IMG/VR virus record: IMGVR_UViG_3300025503_000164
Location: 1-34,413 of that record
Source of the DNA: a virus
Lineage: Duplodnaviria > Caudoviricetes
Strand: one strand, 5' to 3'
Length of the DNA: 34,413 nucleotides
In this document: in pieces, positions 8,701 through 15,749 of the stretch
How the letters are laid out: each line of letters opens with the position of its first letter
How positions within the stretch are numbered: the first letter of the stretch is position 1
Position numbers and translations under genes: made by a program
The notes under the pieces: model-generated
The model's database searches: none
What the model saw: only the letters and a program-made list of their open reading frames with translations
Told to the model about the DNA's origin: nothing

Positions 8701-8941
8701 TCTCTATCTCTATCTCTTTCTCTAGCGGGCAAACGTCGATCATGGGTCGATCAAACCTCGATCAAAACCGAGGACGGAAAACCCGCACCACGACAGGGTT
8801 TCCGCGTCGCGTGATCCCGGCTCGTCGACGGCCCGGGCGGGGAGAACACCGTGTTTCGAGCCGCGAACACCGTGGTCGTCCACGTGTTCACCGACGGTGA
8901 TCGACCCATGATCGACCCATGATCGACCTATGATCGACCCC
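8701..8941. repeat. iteron-like 11-bp phased repeats plus pyrimidine tract; candidate replication origin
   Basis: TCGATCA at 8736/8747/8758; inverted TGATCGACC at 8898/8909/8920/8931; GAACACCGTG at 8844 and 8865; CT-rich tract 8701-8723. Confidence 0.65.
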
Positions 8942-8988
8942 AGCGCATGGGCACAACCTAATATCTTTGGCAGAACCGAACAAACATC

Positions 8989-9017
8989 TTGTGCGAAAAG
9001 CTCAGGCCCCGTATAGT
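8989..9017 (+). promoter_or_regulatory. sigma-A-type promoter of the HNH-QueC-ParB-ABC/GNAT operon
   Basis: TTGTGC-17 nt-TATAGT; a CCTAAT half-site lies at 8957. Confidence 0.6.
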
Positions 9018-9076
9018 AGGGTTGTATCGTGCGCCCTTGAGTGGGGCGCATCTTTCGTTTGCGCGGGAGGGAACCG

Positions 9077-9469
9077 ATGCAGCCCGAGGGCGTGCCGATC
9101 GTGCCGCTCCCCTCCGGCAAGCGGGTGGTCGATCGCAAAGCACTTGCCCGGATACGAACAGGTGTTTGCCTAGTTTGCTGGAAACCTGGAACAGACGTTC
9201 ACCATTGGCTGCACTCTCGCGGCGCCGGGGGGCCTGACCTGGAATGGAACCTGGTGTGCCTGTGCCGCATCTGCCACAACCTCGCCCACGCCGGACAGAT
9301 CACCAAGCTCGACCTGTTCCGGGTGGTCGCCGCAAGGGAGGCAGAGGCGGGAAGGGCCGCGCCGTGGGACCAGACCTCGTCCGAAACGCCCGCCGCGTCC
9401 TCGCCGTCTACGGCGGCCGAAGGGCCAGCGCCCTTGTTCGGCTTCGGGGTGAAGGCGGCGACATCGTGA
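9077..9469 (+). CDS. HNH endonuclease
   Basis: CxxC, 'VHH...SRGAGGPD...NLVCLCRICHNLAH'; GGGAGG SD. Confidence 0.9.
   Translation: MQPEGVPIVPLPSGKRVVDRKALARIRTGVCLVCWKPGTDVHHWLHSRGAGGPDLEWNLVCLCRICHNLAHAGQITKLDLFRVVAAREAEAGRAAPWDQTSSETPAASSPSTAAEGPAPLFGFGVKAATS
9155..9201. promoter_or_regulatory. two Gram-positive-type LexA (SOS) boxes inside the HNH gene
   Basis: CGAACAGGTGTTTG (9155-9168) and GAACAGACGTTC (9189-9200) fit GAAC-RNRY-GTTY. Local codons are atypically AT-ending. Confidence 0.55.
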
Positions 9470-9588
9470 TCGACCTCCTGACCGGCGAGGTCACGGGTGT
9501 CGGTGAAAGTCTCGCAACCCTGGCCGACCTGGAAGACGCCGAAACGCGGCGGCTGATGGTGCGGCGTCCTCTACCACCGGAGGGATGA
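9466..9588 (+). CDS. hypothetical protein (40 aa)
   Basis: GTGA-coupled to the HNH stop and fills the gap to the QueC-like gene. Confidence 0.45.
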   Translation: MIDLLTGEVTGVGESLATLADLEDAETRRLMVRRPLPPEG

Positions 9589-9589
9589 C

Positions 9590-10126
9590 ATGATCCTTGG
9601 GCTCTCGGGCGGCATCGACTCGGCTGTGCTGTACGGCTGGCACAGGAACAAGGGCGAACGGGTGACGCCCGTCTACGTCCGCGCTGTTCGGCGCGGTCGA
9701 AACGTAGGGGCGGATGAGCGGGCCGCTACGGCAATCGCCCGTCATTACGGCGACGGCCTTGTGATCGTGGACGCGACGTGGGCGCGCAACGAGTACCTGA
9801 CGGTGCCGTTCGCTCTTGCGATGGCGACGCCCCCGGGAGAGGACTGCCACCTGGGCGCGTCGATGGTCGAGGGCGTCGACGCCTTTCAGCGCGAGCTCCA
9901 GGACGCGAAGGTGACGACGGCGGTCTCGGACCTCACCGGGTTCCCGATGCGGTTCGCCCGACCAACCTCCCGCTGGACGAAGGCCGCGCTCATCGAGCTC
10001 GGTCGACGGTTGAAGGTGCCGCTCGACCTGACGCACTCCTGCGCGCAGGACACGCCCTGCGGCGAGTGCGCCAAGTGCCTTGCGGTGGGCGCCGCCTGGA
10101 ACGAGGTCAACGGTGCAACCGCTTAG
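9590..10126 (+). CDS. divergent, short QueC-like PP-loop ATPase
   Basis: PP-loop SGGIDS, 'ARN', 'TKAALIELG', and Zn site 'THSC-x5-CGECAKC'. Lacks the YPDC motif. Confidence 0.8.
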   Translation: MILGLSGGIDSAVLYGWHRNKGERVTPVYVRAVRRGRNVGADERAATAIARHYGDGLVIVDATWARNEYLTVPFALAMATPPGEDCHLGASMVEGVDAFQRELQDAKVTTAVSDLTGFPMRFARPTSRWTKAALIELGRRLKVPLDLTHSCAQDTPCGECAKCLAVGAAWNEVNGATA

Positions 10127-10583
10127 CTTCGACGAGGCGGCGGGCAAGGTCGCGGAGGTGCAGGAGGGCATCATCGGCCTGCAGTTCGCCGAGGCCGACC
10201 TGCTGGCGTACCTGCTTGCCGAGTCCGGCAGCCTGTCGCAGGTCGCGGCCTCGACGGGCATGAGCCGGTATCAGGTGCGAACGCGCATCGCGGTGGCCGA
10301 GCGGTTCCCCGAGGCGCACCGGCATCCCACTCTGACCTGGCGGCACTACGAGCTGCTGCTGAAGGGCAACGCGGCGCCGGGCACCTGCTGCGAGGCAGCG
10401 GACAAGGATTTGTCCACGCGGGGCCTCAAGAAGCACATCGGCTGGGTGAAGGCGCCGCCGGATCTGGACGCGGACGAGCGCGTGCTTGGGAACGACGCTC
10501 GACGGTTCAACGAGCGGTGGGATGGCACGGCCCGAGCCGAGGTGACGATCAAGCACCTGGAGGCGAGTGATGGCGCAGAGTAA
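10113..10583 (+). CDS. putative DNA-binding protein (LmbU-like motif)
   Basis: HTH-like segment followed by 'VAERFP...R...LTWRHY'; GAGGT SD before GTG. Confidence 0.6.
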   Translation: MQPLSFDEAAGKVAEVQEGIIGLQFAEADLLAYLLAESGSLSQVAASTGMSRYQVRTRIAVAERFPEAHRHPTLTWRHYELLLKGNAAPGTCCEAADKDLSTRGLKKHIGWVKAPPDLDADERVLGNDARRFNERWDGTARAEVTIKHLEASDGAE

Positions 10584-11145
10584 GCCGACCGGCCTCGTCA
10601 TGCAGACGATGGCGCTCGCCGATCTCGTCCCCGCCGACTACAACCCGCGCAAGGCGCTGCAGCCGGGCGATGCGGCCTACGAGCAGCTCAAGCGGTCGAT
10701 CCTCACGTTCGGCTACGTCGACCCGATCATCTGGAACCGGCGCACCGGGAAGGTGGTCGGCGGTCACCAGCGACTCTCGGTGCTCAAGGCCCTGGGCCAC
10801 ACCGAGACCGAAGTGAGCGTGGTCGACCTGAACGAAGAGGACGAGCGGGCGCTGAACATCGCCCTGAACAAGGTCGAGGGTGAGTGGGACATGGAGCGCC
10901 TGCGGATGGTCCTGGCAGACCTGGACGCGGCCGGGTACGACCTGGACCTGACCGGATTCTCGGCGAAGGAGCTGGAGAAGATCCTTGCCCCCATGCCGGA
11001 GCTGGACGAGGGTGCGGGCGACGGTTCTGGTTCTGGGCCGGCGGGTATCGTCATCATCGTCACGGTGCACGACCAGGCCGACGCCGAAACCCTGAGCGCG
11101 TTCTGCGAGGGCAAGGGCTTCGAGTGGCACGTCCAGGGGGCGTAG
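10570..11145 (+). CDS. ParB/Srx N-terminal domain protein (phage DNA-modification-associated type)
   Basis: 'PADYNPR', 'LKRSILTFGYVDPIIWN', 'VVGGHQRL', 'NIALNK..GEWD', 'LTGF'. Confidence 0.9.
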   Translation: MAQSKPTGLVMQTMALADLVPADYNPRKALQPGDAAYEQLKRSILTFGYVDPIIWNRRTGKVVGGHQRLSVLKALGHTETEVSVVDLNEEDERALNIALNKVEGEWDMERLRMVLADLDAAGYDLDLTGFSAKELEKILAPMPELDEGAGDGSGSGPAGIVIIVTVHDQADAETLSAFCEGKGFEWHVQGA

Positions 11146-11147
11146 GC

Positions 11148-11882
11148 GTGGACGTACGGGTGGATGTGGCCTACGACCTCGGGCCGAAGGTGAACACGCT
11201 CAAGACCCAGGCGGTCAAGGACTCGTTCGGCATCGACTTCGAGATCGGACGGCGGGTGATCGTCGACGGTCTCAAGTTCACCGTAGAGCCGGGCAGCATC
11301 GTGATGTTCACCGGGGAGAGCGGCAGCGGCAAGTCGTCGGCGATGCGCGAGGCTGGCAGGCAGCTCGGGGCGGTCGACATCGACGGCCTGGATCTGGGCG
11401 ATCCCGACGCCGCGCTGGTCGACCTCATCCCCGGGGACGTGAAGGCGACGGTTGGACTGCTCAGCCAGTTCGGGCTGGCCGAGGCGTTCCTGATGCTCCG
11501 AAGGGTGAGCGAGCTGTCGGACGGCCAGCGGTACAGGTTCCGGCTCGCCAAGGGCTGGAGCCACGGCGGCGCGCTCATGGCCGACGAGTTCACCGCCAAC
11601 CTGGACCGCATCACGGCCAAGACCATCGCGGCCAACCTGCGCAAGCAGCAGCTGCGCGAGCCCGAACGGATCTGGCTGGTGGCGACGACGCACCAGGACA
11701 TCATCGAGGACCTGCAGCCCGACGTCTTGGTGGACCTGACCCGGGGTGAGGTGGGAAAAGGACTCCCCGGAGGCGGCCGATCAGCTTTGCGGCTGAACTC
11801 GACCTCACCTCCGGGGCTAAGGCGGACTGGCCGTTCTTTGCTCGGTGGCATTACCTCGGGCACGGCATCGGCATCGTCCTAG
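11148..11882 (+). CDS. soluble ABC-type ATPase; zero-frame product and N-terminal part of the ABC-GNAT fusion
   Basis: Walker A GESGSGKS, signature LSDGQ, Walker B 'MADEF', H-loop 'ATTH'. No membrane subunit nearby. Confidence 0.88.
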   Translation: MDVRVDVAYDLGPKVNTLKTQAVKDSFGIDFEIGRRVIVDGLKFTVEPGSIVMFTGESGSGKSSAMREAGRQLGAVDIDGLDLGDPDAALVDLIPGDVKATVGLLSQFGLAEAFLMLRRVSELSDGQRYRFRLAKGWSHGGALMADEFTANLDRITAKTIAANLRKQQLREPERIWLVATTHQDIIEDLQPDVLVDLTRGEVGKGLPGGGRSALRLNSTSPPGLRRTGRSLLGGITSGTASASS

Positions 11883-12331
11883 GGCTGTACGTCCTGTGGC
11901 ACGGCGACCGGCCGATCGGCTGCGTCGTGTTCGGGCCGCCCGCTCTCCAGTCGCGCAACCGGCACATCGCGTTCGGGCGCACCCTGGCGCCGCAGGTGCT
12001 GAACAAGCACTTCGTCAACGTGAGCCGGGTGGTGCTCGACCCGACCTACCGCGGGTGCGGCCTCGCGCACCGGATGCTCCGCACGGCCTGTGAGCTGTAC
12101 GCGGACAGGAAGGGCGTCAGGTACTTCGAGGCGTTGTCCTCGATGGCGCACCTGAACCGCCTGAACGCCGCCGCCGGCTTCAAGACGGTCGGCACGTCGA
12201 ACATGCTCAAGGCCCAGACGGCGAAGGGATCGTGGTGGTCGAACAAGGGCTACCAGGTCAAGGGCAAGCACCGCGTGCTGGTCTACGAGATCTTGGACAT
12301 CCAGAGCGCCCGAACGGGTCCGTCCCGGTAG
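11753..12331 (+). CDS. GNAT (Mom-like) acyltransferase domain reached by -1 frameshift at GGGAAAA
   Basis: The -1 frame opens right after TGA 11747-11749 and reads KRTPRRRPISF...WPFFARWHYLG...SRVVLDPTYRGCGLA. No conventional start codon precedes the WHYL motif. Confidence 0.82.
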   Translation, partial: GKRTPRRRPISFAAELDLTSGAKADWPFFARWHYLGHGIGIVLGLYVLWHGDRPIGCVVFGPPALQSRNRHIAFGRTLAPQVLNKHFVNVSRVVLDPTYRGCGLAHRMLRTACELYADRKGVRYFEALSSMAHLNRLNAAAGFKTVGTSNMLKAQTAKGSWWSNKGYQVKGKHRVLVYEILDIQSARTGPSR

Positions 12332-12603
12332 GCGTCGGTGTAGTACCGCGACCAGTTCTCCACGACGCCCTCGGGCGTGTTGCCGTGGGCCGAAGGCGGA
12401 ATCGCCCGCACCGCGGCGACGATGCTCGGGTAGTCGTCGATCCGGTAAATCTTTTGCAGCAGGCGCTTCCGACCGCACATGAACAGCACCTCGTCGCCGG
12501 CCTCGTACGTGGCCGCCTTGAGGGCGGGCCGGAACTCAACCTGCTTGATGCCCTGCTCCATGAGCTCGAACGGGTGGGCCCGGAGGAATAGCTGCCTTCG
12601 CAT
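12283..12603 (-). CDS. ASCH-domain protein
   Basis: 'F..M..GIKQVEFR......GDEVLF' matches GxKxxExR; 3' end overlaps the GNAT convergently. Confidence 0.8.
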   Translation of the reverse strand: MRRQLFLRAHPFELMEQGIKQVEFRPALKAATYEAGDEVLFMCGRKRLLQKIYRIDDYPSIVAAVRAIPPSAHGNTPEGVVENWSRYYTDAYRDGPVRALWMSKIS

Positions 12604-12636
12604 TCCGGCATTCTGGCACGGCTGGGTGGCCATGAC

Positions 12637-12662
12637 AAAGGGGGCGCCGCAGCGCCCCCCTT
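12637..12662 (-). terminator. terminator-like hairpin just upstream of the ASCH gene
   Basis: GGGGGCGC-4 nt-GCGCCCCC followed by TTTG on the minus strand. Confidence 0.5.
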
Positions 12663-12689
12663 CGGTCGCCTGGTCGTCTGTCACCTCCC

Positions 12690-12930
12690 CTGGATCGTTG
12701 TCCCCTCGGGCACATGGTCGCGCACGCACGACCGGGCGGCGAACGCGGGCAGGCGACGGCCCGACCGACGGTTACGCGGGGTCGAGGGTTCGCGGGGTCG
12801 GGCTCGTCGGATTGAACGGGATCGCGTGATCGACGGCGCCGATCGAGCCCCGACGGTCCTGATCGGGGGGGGCGCACGATCCATCGCGTCGACGGTCCGG
12901 ACGCGACCTTGCCCCCTTGCACGACGAGCA
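12690..12930. repeat. structured intergenic element, copy 1 (most diverged)
   Basis: Non-coding; shares GGATTGAACGGG, GCACGCACG, TGATCGACGG and GTCGACGGTCC with the other copies. Confidence 0.45.
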
Positions 12931-12936
12931 CGACGA

Positions 12937-12964
12937 AGGGGCGCCCCCTGTCGGGGACGCCCCT
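12937..12964 (-). terminator. intrinsic terminator-like hairpin
   Basis: AGGGGCG/CGCCCCT stem just after the stop at 12976; tail TCGTCGTG on the minus strand. Confidence 0.6.
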
Positions 12965-12975
12965 CGACGTTGGAA

Positions 12976-13227
12976 TCACGCGGCGGGTATAGGGCGCAGC
13001 ACCTTCCAACGCGGGCCGGGAGCGTCGGCGACGGTTACCTCGAGCCCCCAAACCTTGGCGAGGTTCAGGTACTCGCCAAGCTCGTCCTCGTGGACCGATC
13101 GGGCCTGGCCGTCAGCGACGCACAGGAGCAGCGCGAGCCGACGCACCTCGGCCTGCGCCGCCACGGCCTCGATTGCGGCGTCAGCGATGCGGGCGCCGAT
13201 GCGCTCCTTCACCTCGACGGGGGTCAT
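12976..13227 (-). CDS. hypothetical protein (83 aa)
   Basis: ATGA coupling with the upstream gene; GC3 bias. Confidence 0.7.
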   Translation of the reverse strand: MTPVEVKERIGARIADAAIEAVAAQAEVRRLALLLCVADGQARSVHEDELGEYLNLAKVWGLEVTVADAPGPRWKVLRPIPAA

Positions 13228-13478
13228 CCGAAAACCACCCGGCTGACTGGGAACCGAACGGACGTCAGCCAATCCTTGATCGTCTCGGCGGCGCGCTTCG
13301 CCTGGGCAGGACGCGGTGCGTCCCAGCCCCTGGCAGGCTCAACGCGGATCACAGCGCCGGCGGGCTCCCGGGCGTCGGTGAGCGTGGTGAACATGACCCG
13401 CGTGTCGTCGACGTAGACGAAGCCGTATGCCACACCCAGGGAGCGGCTGATGCCGCGCACGTCGATCTGCGCCTTCAT
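13224..13478 (-). CDS. hypothetical protein (84 aa)
   Basis: GGAGGG SD and ATGA coupling. Confidence 0.72.
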   Translation of the reverse strand: MKAQIDVRGISRSLGVAYGFVYVDDTRVMFTTLTDAREPAGAVIRVEPARGWDAPRPAQAKRAAETIKDWLTSVRFPVSRVVFG

Positions 13479-13783
13479 GCCTGGCCCTCCAATTCGAAGA
13501 TGACGCTGATCCGGTACTGGCGACGGTTGCGCTCGGCCCACTCGACGGCTGCCGCCAGGGCGTCCGCGTCCTCGCCCTTCACCATGGCGCCCATGCGCGA
13601 GCCGTCCTGATGGGCGACGGCCGTGAGCTGGCTGTCGCTGACCATGGCGACGAGGTGCGTGACGCACAGCGGACGACCGCCCCACCAGATCTCGGTGGGC
13701 GCGTAGCAGCGCGGCGTGTCGCAGCTCTCGTCCTCGTCCGGGATGCGCGTGGCCCAGTGGTCGTAGGTGGCAAACCCCTGCAT
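13475..13783 (-). CDS. hypothetical protein (102 aa) with C-x4-C...C-x2-H metal-binding motif
   Basis: AAGGGGG SD; first gene of its cassette. Confidence 0.72.
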   Translation of the reverse strand: MQGFATYDHWATRIPDEDESCDTPRCYAPTEIWWGGRPLCVTHLVAMVSDSQLTAVAHQDGSRMGAMVKGEDADALAAAVEWAERNRRQYRISVIFELEGQA

Positions 13784-14090
13784 GATCGACCCCCCCTTCA
13801 TCCGGGACGGTTGGAGGGTAGGACGCCCCGGGGGACGGTCTACAGACGCGCCTTGATCGACGGCCGCACACCCGATCGACGGATGCGGGGCGCGCTTCGG
13901 GGCACTACGCCGGGCGCATGGGATCGACGCGAAGGGGATGATCCGAGGGGTCGACGGTCCCCCCGGGAATCGCGCCTGCCGTGGTGCAAGGGGGCGCCCT
14001 GCGTTCGCGTCCCCGTTCGCGGGGGGAACGTGCGTCGACGACGGCGAGGACGCGTCGAAACCGATTGGCGCCAACGTGTCACGAACACGA
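13784..14090. repeat. structured intergenic element, copy 2
   Basis: TAGGACGCCCC (13819), GGGCACTACG, CCCCGGGAATCGCGCCTG...GCAAGGGGGCG (13961-13996); long fold-back 13784-13943. Confidence 0.6.
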
Positions 14091-14093
14091 CGA

Positions 14094-14113
14094 AGCCCCC
14101 CGTGCGGGGGGCT
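14094..14113 (-). terminator. intrinsic terminator-like hairpin
   Basis: AGCCCCCC-gtgc-GGGGGGCT, 20 nt after the stop at 14133. Confidence 0.62.
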
Positions 14114-14132
14114 CCGGCGGGCGCGGCGCCCG

Positions 14133-14255
14133 TCAGGCCGGGACGATCACCTCGCAGGCGGCGCAGAACGTCTGCCCCTCGCTGTTCAACATCGTGGGAT
14201 ACCCGCAGATGTGGGTGCCGTTGAACAGCTCGACCGCCTCGATCTCCGGTGCCAT
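14133..14255 (-). CDS. 40-aa zinc-ribbon-like peptide
   Basis: AAGGGGGG SD; HxC...CxxC pattern; has its own terminator. Confidence 0.65.
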   Translation of the reverse strand: MAPEIEAVELFNGTHICGYPTMLNSEGQTFCAACEVIVPA

Positions 14256-14720
14256 CGTGTCGCCCCCCTTGCGCGTCGTTCGATCCCGGGGCAAGGGTCG
14301 CACGCCCCGTCGACGGTCCCCGAGACGCGCCCACGACGATGCCCCGCGACCTGGTCGACGGCCGAGGGGGCGGGCGCGACCATGCCCCCGGGATCGAACG
14401 GGCACTACGAATCCCGCGCATCGCGGGGGGACGCGTGCGCGTGCGTGCGGGGGTGTCACAACAGGCTTGTCCGGGAAGATCGTGATCCAGACCGCGTGCG
14501 CGTGCGTGCGGGGGTGTCACCCTTCGGGGGCATCGCGCCTGACGCGAGCAAAGGGGGCGGGGCGCGTCGTCCCTGCGAACGCGGGGGGAACGTGCATCCT
14601 CCCCTGCGTCGGACGCGAGGGCGCCCCCTAGCTTGCGGGGATCGTTCCCCCTGCGAAGCAATCCCGACAGGGGATCGTGACGGGGGAGGAACGTTCCGCC
14701 CTCGAAGCGATCGCTCGACG
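14256..14720. repeat. structured intergenic element, copy 3
   Basis: Colinear with copy 4; long hairpin 14277-14400; contains the 28/33/28 insertion. Confidence 0.7.
14432..14520 (-). CRISPR. single-spacer CRISPR-like unit (28-bp repeat, 33-bp spacer, 28-bp repeat), orphan
   Basis: Perfect direct repeat CGCGTGCGCGTGCGTGCGGGGGTGTCAC at 14432-14459 and 14493-14520, 61-bp period. The spacer starts with G on the minus strand. The repeat is not a canonical palindrome and no cas operon is in the window. Confidence 0.5.
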
Positions 14721-14741
14721 AAACGCCCCCCGCAGGGGGCG
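14721..14741 (-). terminator. intrinsic terminator-like hairpin
   Basis: CGCCCCC-4 nt-GGGGGCG followed by TTT on the minus strand, after the stop at 14757. Confidence 0.6.
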
Positions 14742-14756
14742 CCCGCCGGCCCCGCG

Positions 14757-15203
14757 TTACGCGGTCAGGTCCTCCTCGCGGTACGGCGGAATGTCCAGCA
14801 TCGCGGACAGGCTGGCGGCACAGCCCTCAGCCTGCGCCTGGGTGAGCCCGGTGGCGAGCACGACGCCTTCGACGCCGACGCCGTTCTGTGCCACGCCGAG
14901 ACGGTCGCCTTCCACGGTGCCGACCTTGACCACGGACCATTCGGGTGCCTCAGCGGCGCGTTCCGTGCGGTTCGGCGACAACGCCACCTGCCAGTAGTCG
15001 ACGCCTTGCATGTGGGGCGTAGGCCAGTGGGTGGCGATCACGACGCGATCGTAGAAACGAGGGTCGTACCCGCCCCTGGTCTGGACCTCTGCGGCGACGG
15101 CGGGCAGGTCGCGTCGTTCGACCGAAGGCGGCGGGCACTCGTTCGGCCTCAGATGGTGCCGGACAAGGCGGGACATGACATCGTTCAGGTCGCTGCGGTT
15201 CAC
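14757..15203 (-). CDS. hypothetical protein (148 aa)
   Basis: GAGGAGG SD before GTG; GC3 bias. Confidence 0.75.
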   Translation of the reverse strand: MNRSDLNDVMSRLVRHHLRPNECPPPSVERRDLPAVAAEVQTRGGYDPRFYDRVVIATHWPTPHMQGVDYWQVALSPNRTERAAEAPEWSVVKVGTVEGDRLGVAQNGVGVEGVVLATGLTQAQAEGCAASLSAMLDIPPYREEDLTA

Positions 15204-15225
15204 GCGGGTACCTCCTCGTGTTGGG

Positions 15226-15501
15226 TCAGATGCAGCAGGTGCCGGGGCAGCCCTGACGCCCGCAGGCCATGCAGGGAACGTGGCCGGGCATGGTGATGGT
15301 GCGCCGGTTCTGGGCGAAGCGGGCGCGACGCGGGCCGGGGGTGCAGGGGCGGTAGACGTCGCCTCCCATCGAGGCGATCCACCCGGCGCTCTCGCGCCCG
15401 TACATGACGACGGGTTGGTAGCAGAGCCCGCCGGGGCCGACTGCCGTCGGGATGCCAAGCGTGTCGGCGTGGGCCTGCGCTCTGGCGGCCAGCGGCGTCA
15501 C
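15226..15501 (-). CDS. hypothetical protein with Cys-rich C-terminus
   Basis: GTGA coupling; 'CMACGRQGCPGTCC'. Confidence 0.65.
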   Translation of the reverse strand: MTPLAARAQAHADTLGIPTAVGPGGLCYQPVVMYGRESAGWIASMGGDVYRPCTPGPRRARFAQNRRTITMPGHVPCMACGRQGCPGTCCI

Positions 15502-15662
15502 GCCGGTACCGTCGCGCCGTCGATCTTGTCCAGCAGGTCCTGGTACGCCTCGAGCGCGCCCCGGGTCTCGGCGCGTTCCACGCGGCTGTCCAGCTCGTCG
15601 ACGTCGGCCTCCAGATCCGAGATCTGGAGCAGGATGTAGGCGCGCACCTCGGCAAGGGTCAT
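15498..15662 (-). CDS. small acidic helical protein (54 aa)
   Basis: GAGGAGG SD; MTLAEVRAYILLQISDLEADVDELDSRVE...; below the size of the ORFs listed in the track. Confidence 0.72.
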   Translation of the reverse strand: MTLAEVRAYILLQISDLEADVDELDSRVERAETRGALEAYQDLLDKIDGATVPA

Positions 15663-15749
15663 CGTGGTCAGCCTCCTCGGATGTGGGGAGTTGTGGCCTC
15701 CCGCGACGGGCCGATTCTGGACCCGTTTCGGCCGTGGCCGGCGGCCTCG

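Noticed and set aside
8684-8743. Minus-strand peptide LEKEIEIES resembling a replication-protein linker
   Set aside because: Only 19 codons with a stop just upstream; better explained as a DNA-level purine/pyrimidine tract.
873-8954. ATGGGCAC direct repeat at 873-880 and 8947-8954 with swap-complementary flanks, as attL/attR of an excisable early module
   Set aside because: Only 8 bp. The left copy lies inside the continuous pilin-like frame, the two recombinant sites have different symmetry centres, and excision would separate replication from virion genes. Probably chance.
9590-10126. Canonical queC / 7-deazaguanine DNA modification pathway
   Set aside because: The protein is short, lacks YPDC, and no dpdA, folE, queD or queE is in the window, so the gene symbol is withheld.
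10570-11882. ParABS partition system or ABC transporter
   Set aside because: The ParB lacks an HTH/parS-binding region, there is no ParA, and there is no permease or substrate-binding protein.
13938-15296. Long Arg/Gly/Pro-rich ORFs crossing the intergenic elements
   Set aside because: Stop-poor GC-rich hairpin DNA with no codon bias; they conflict with well-supported minus-strand cassettes.
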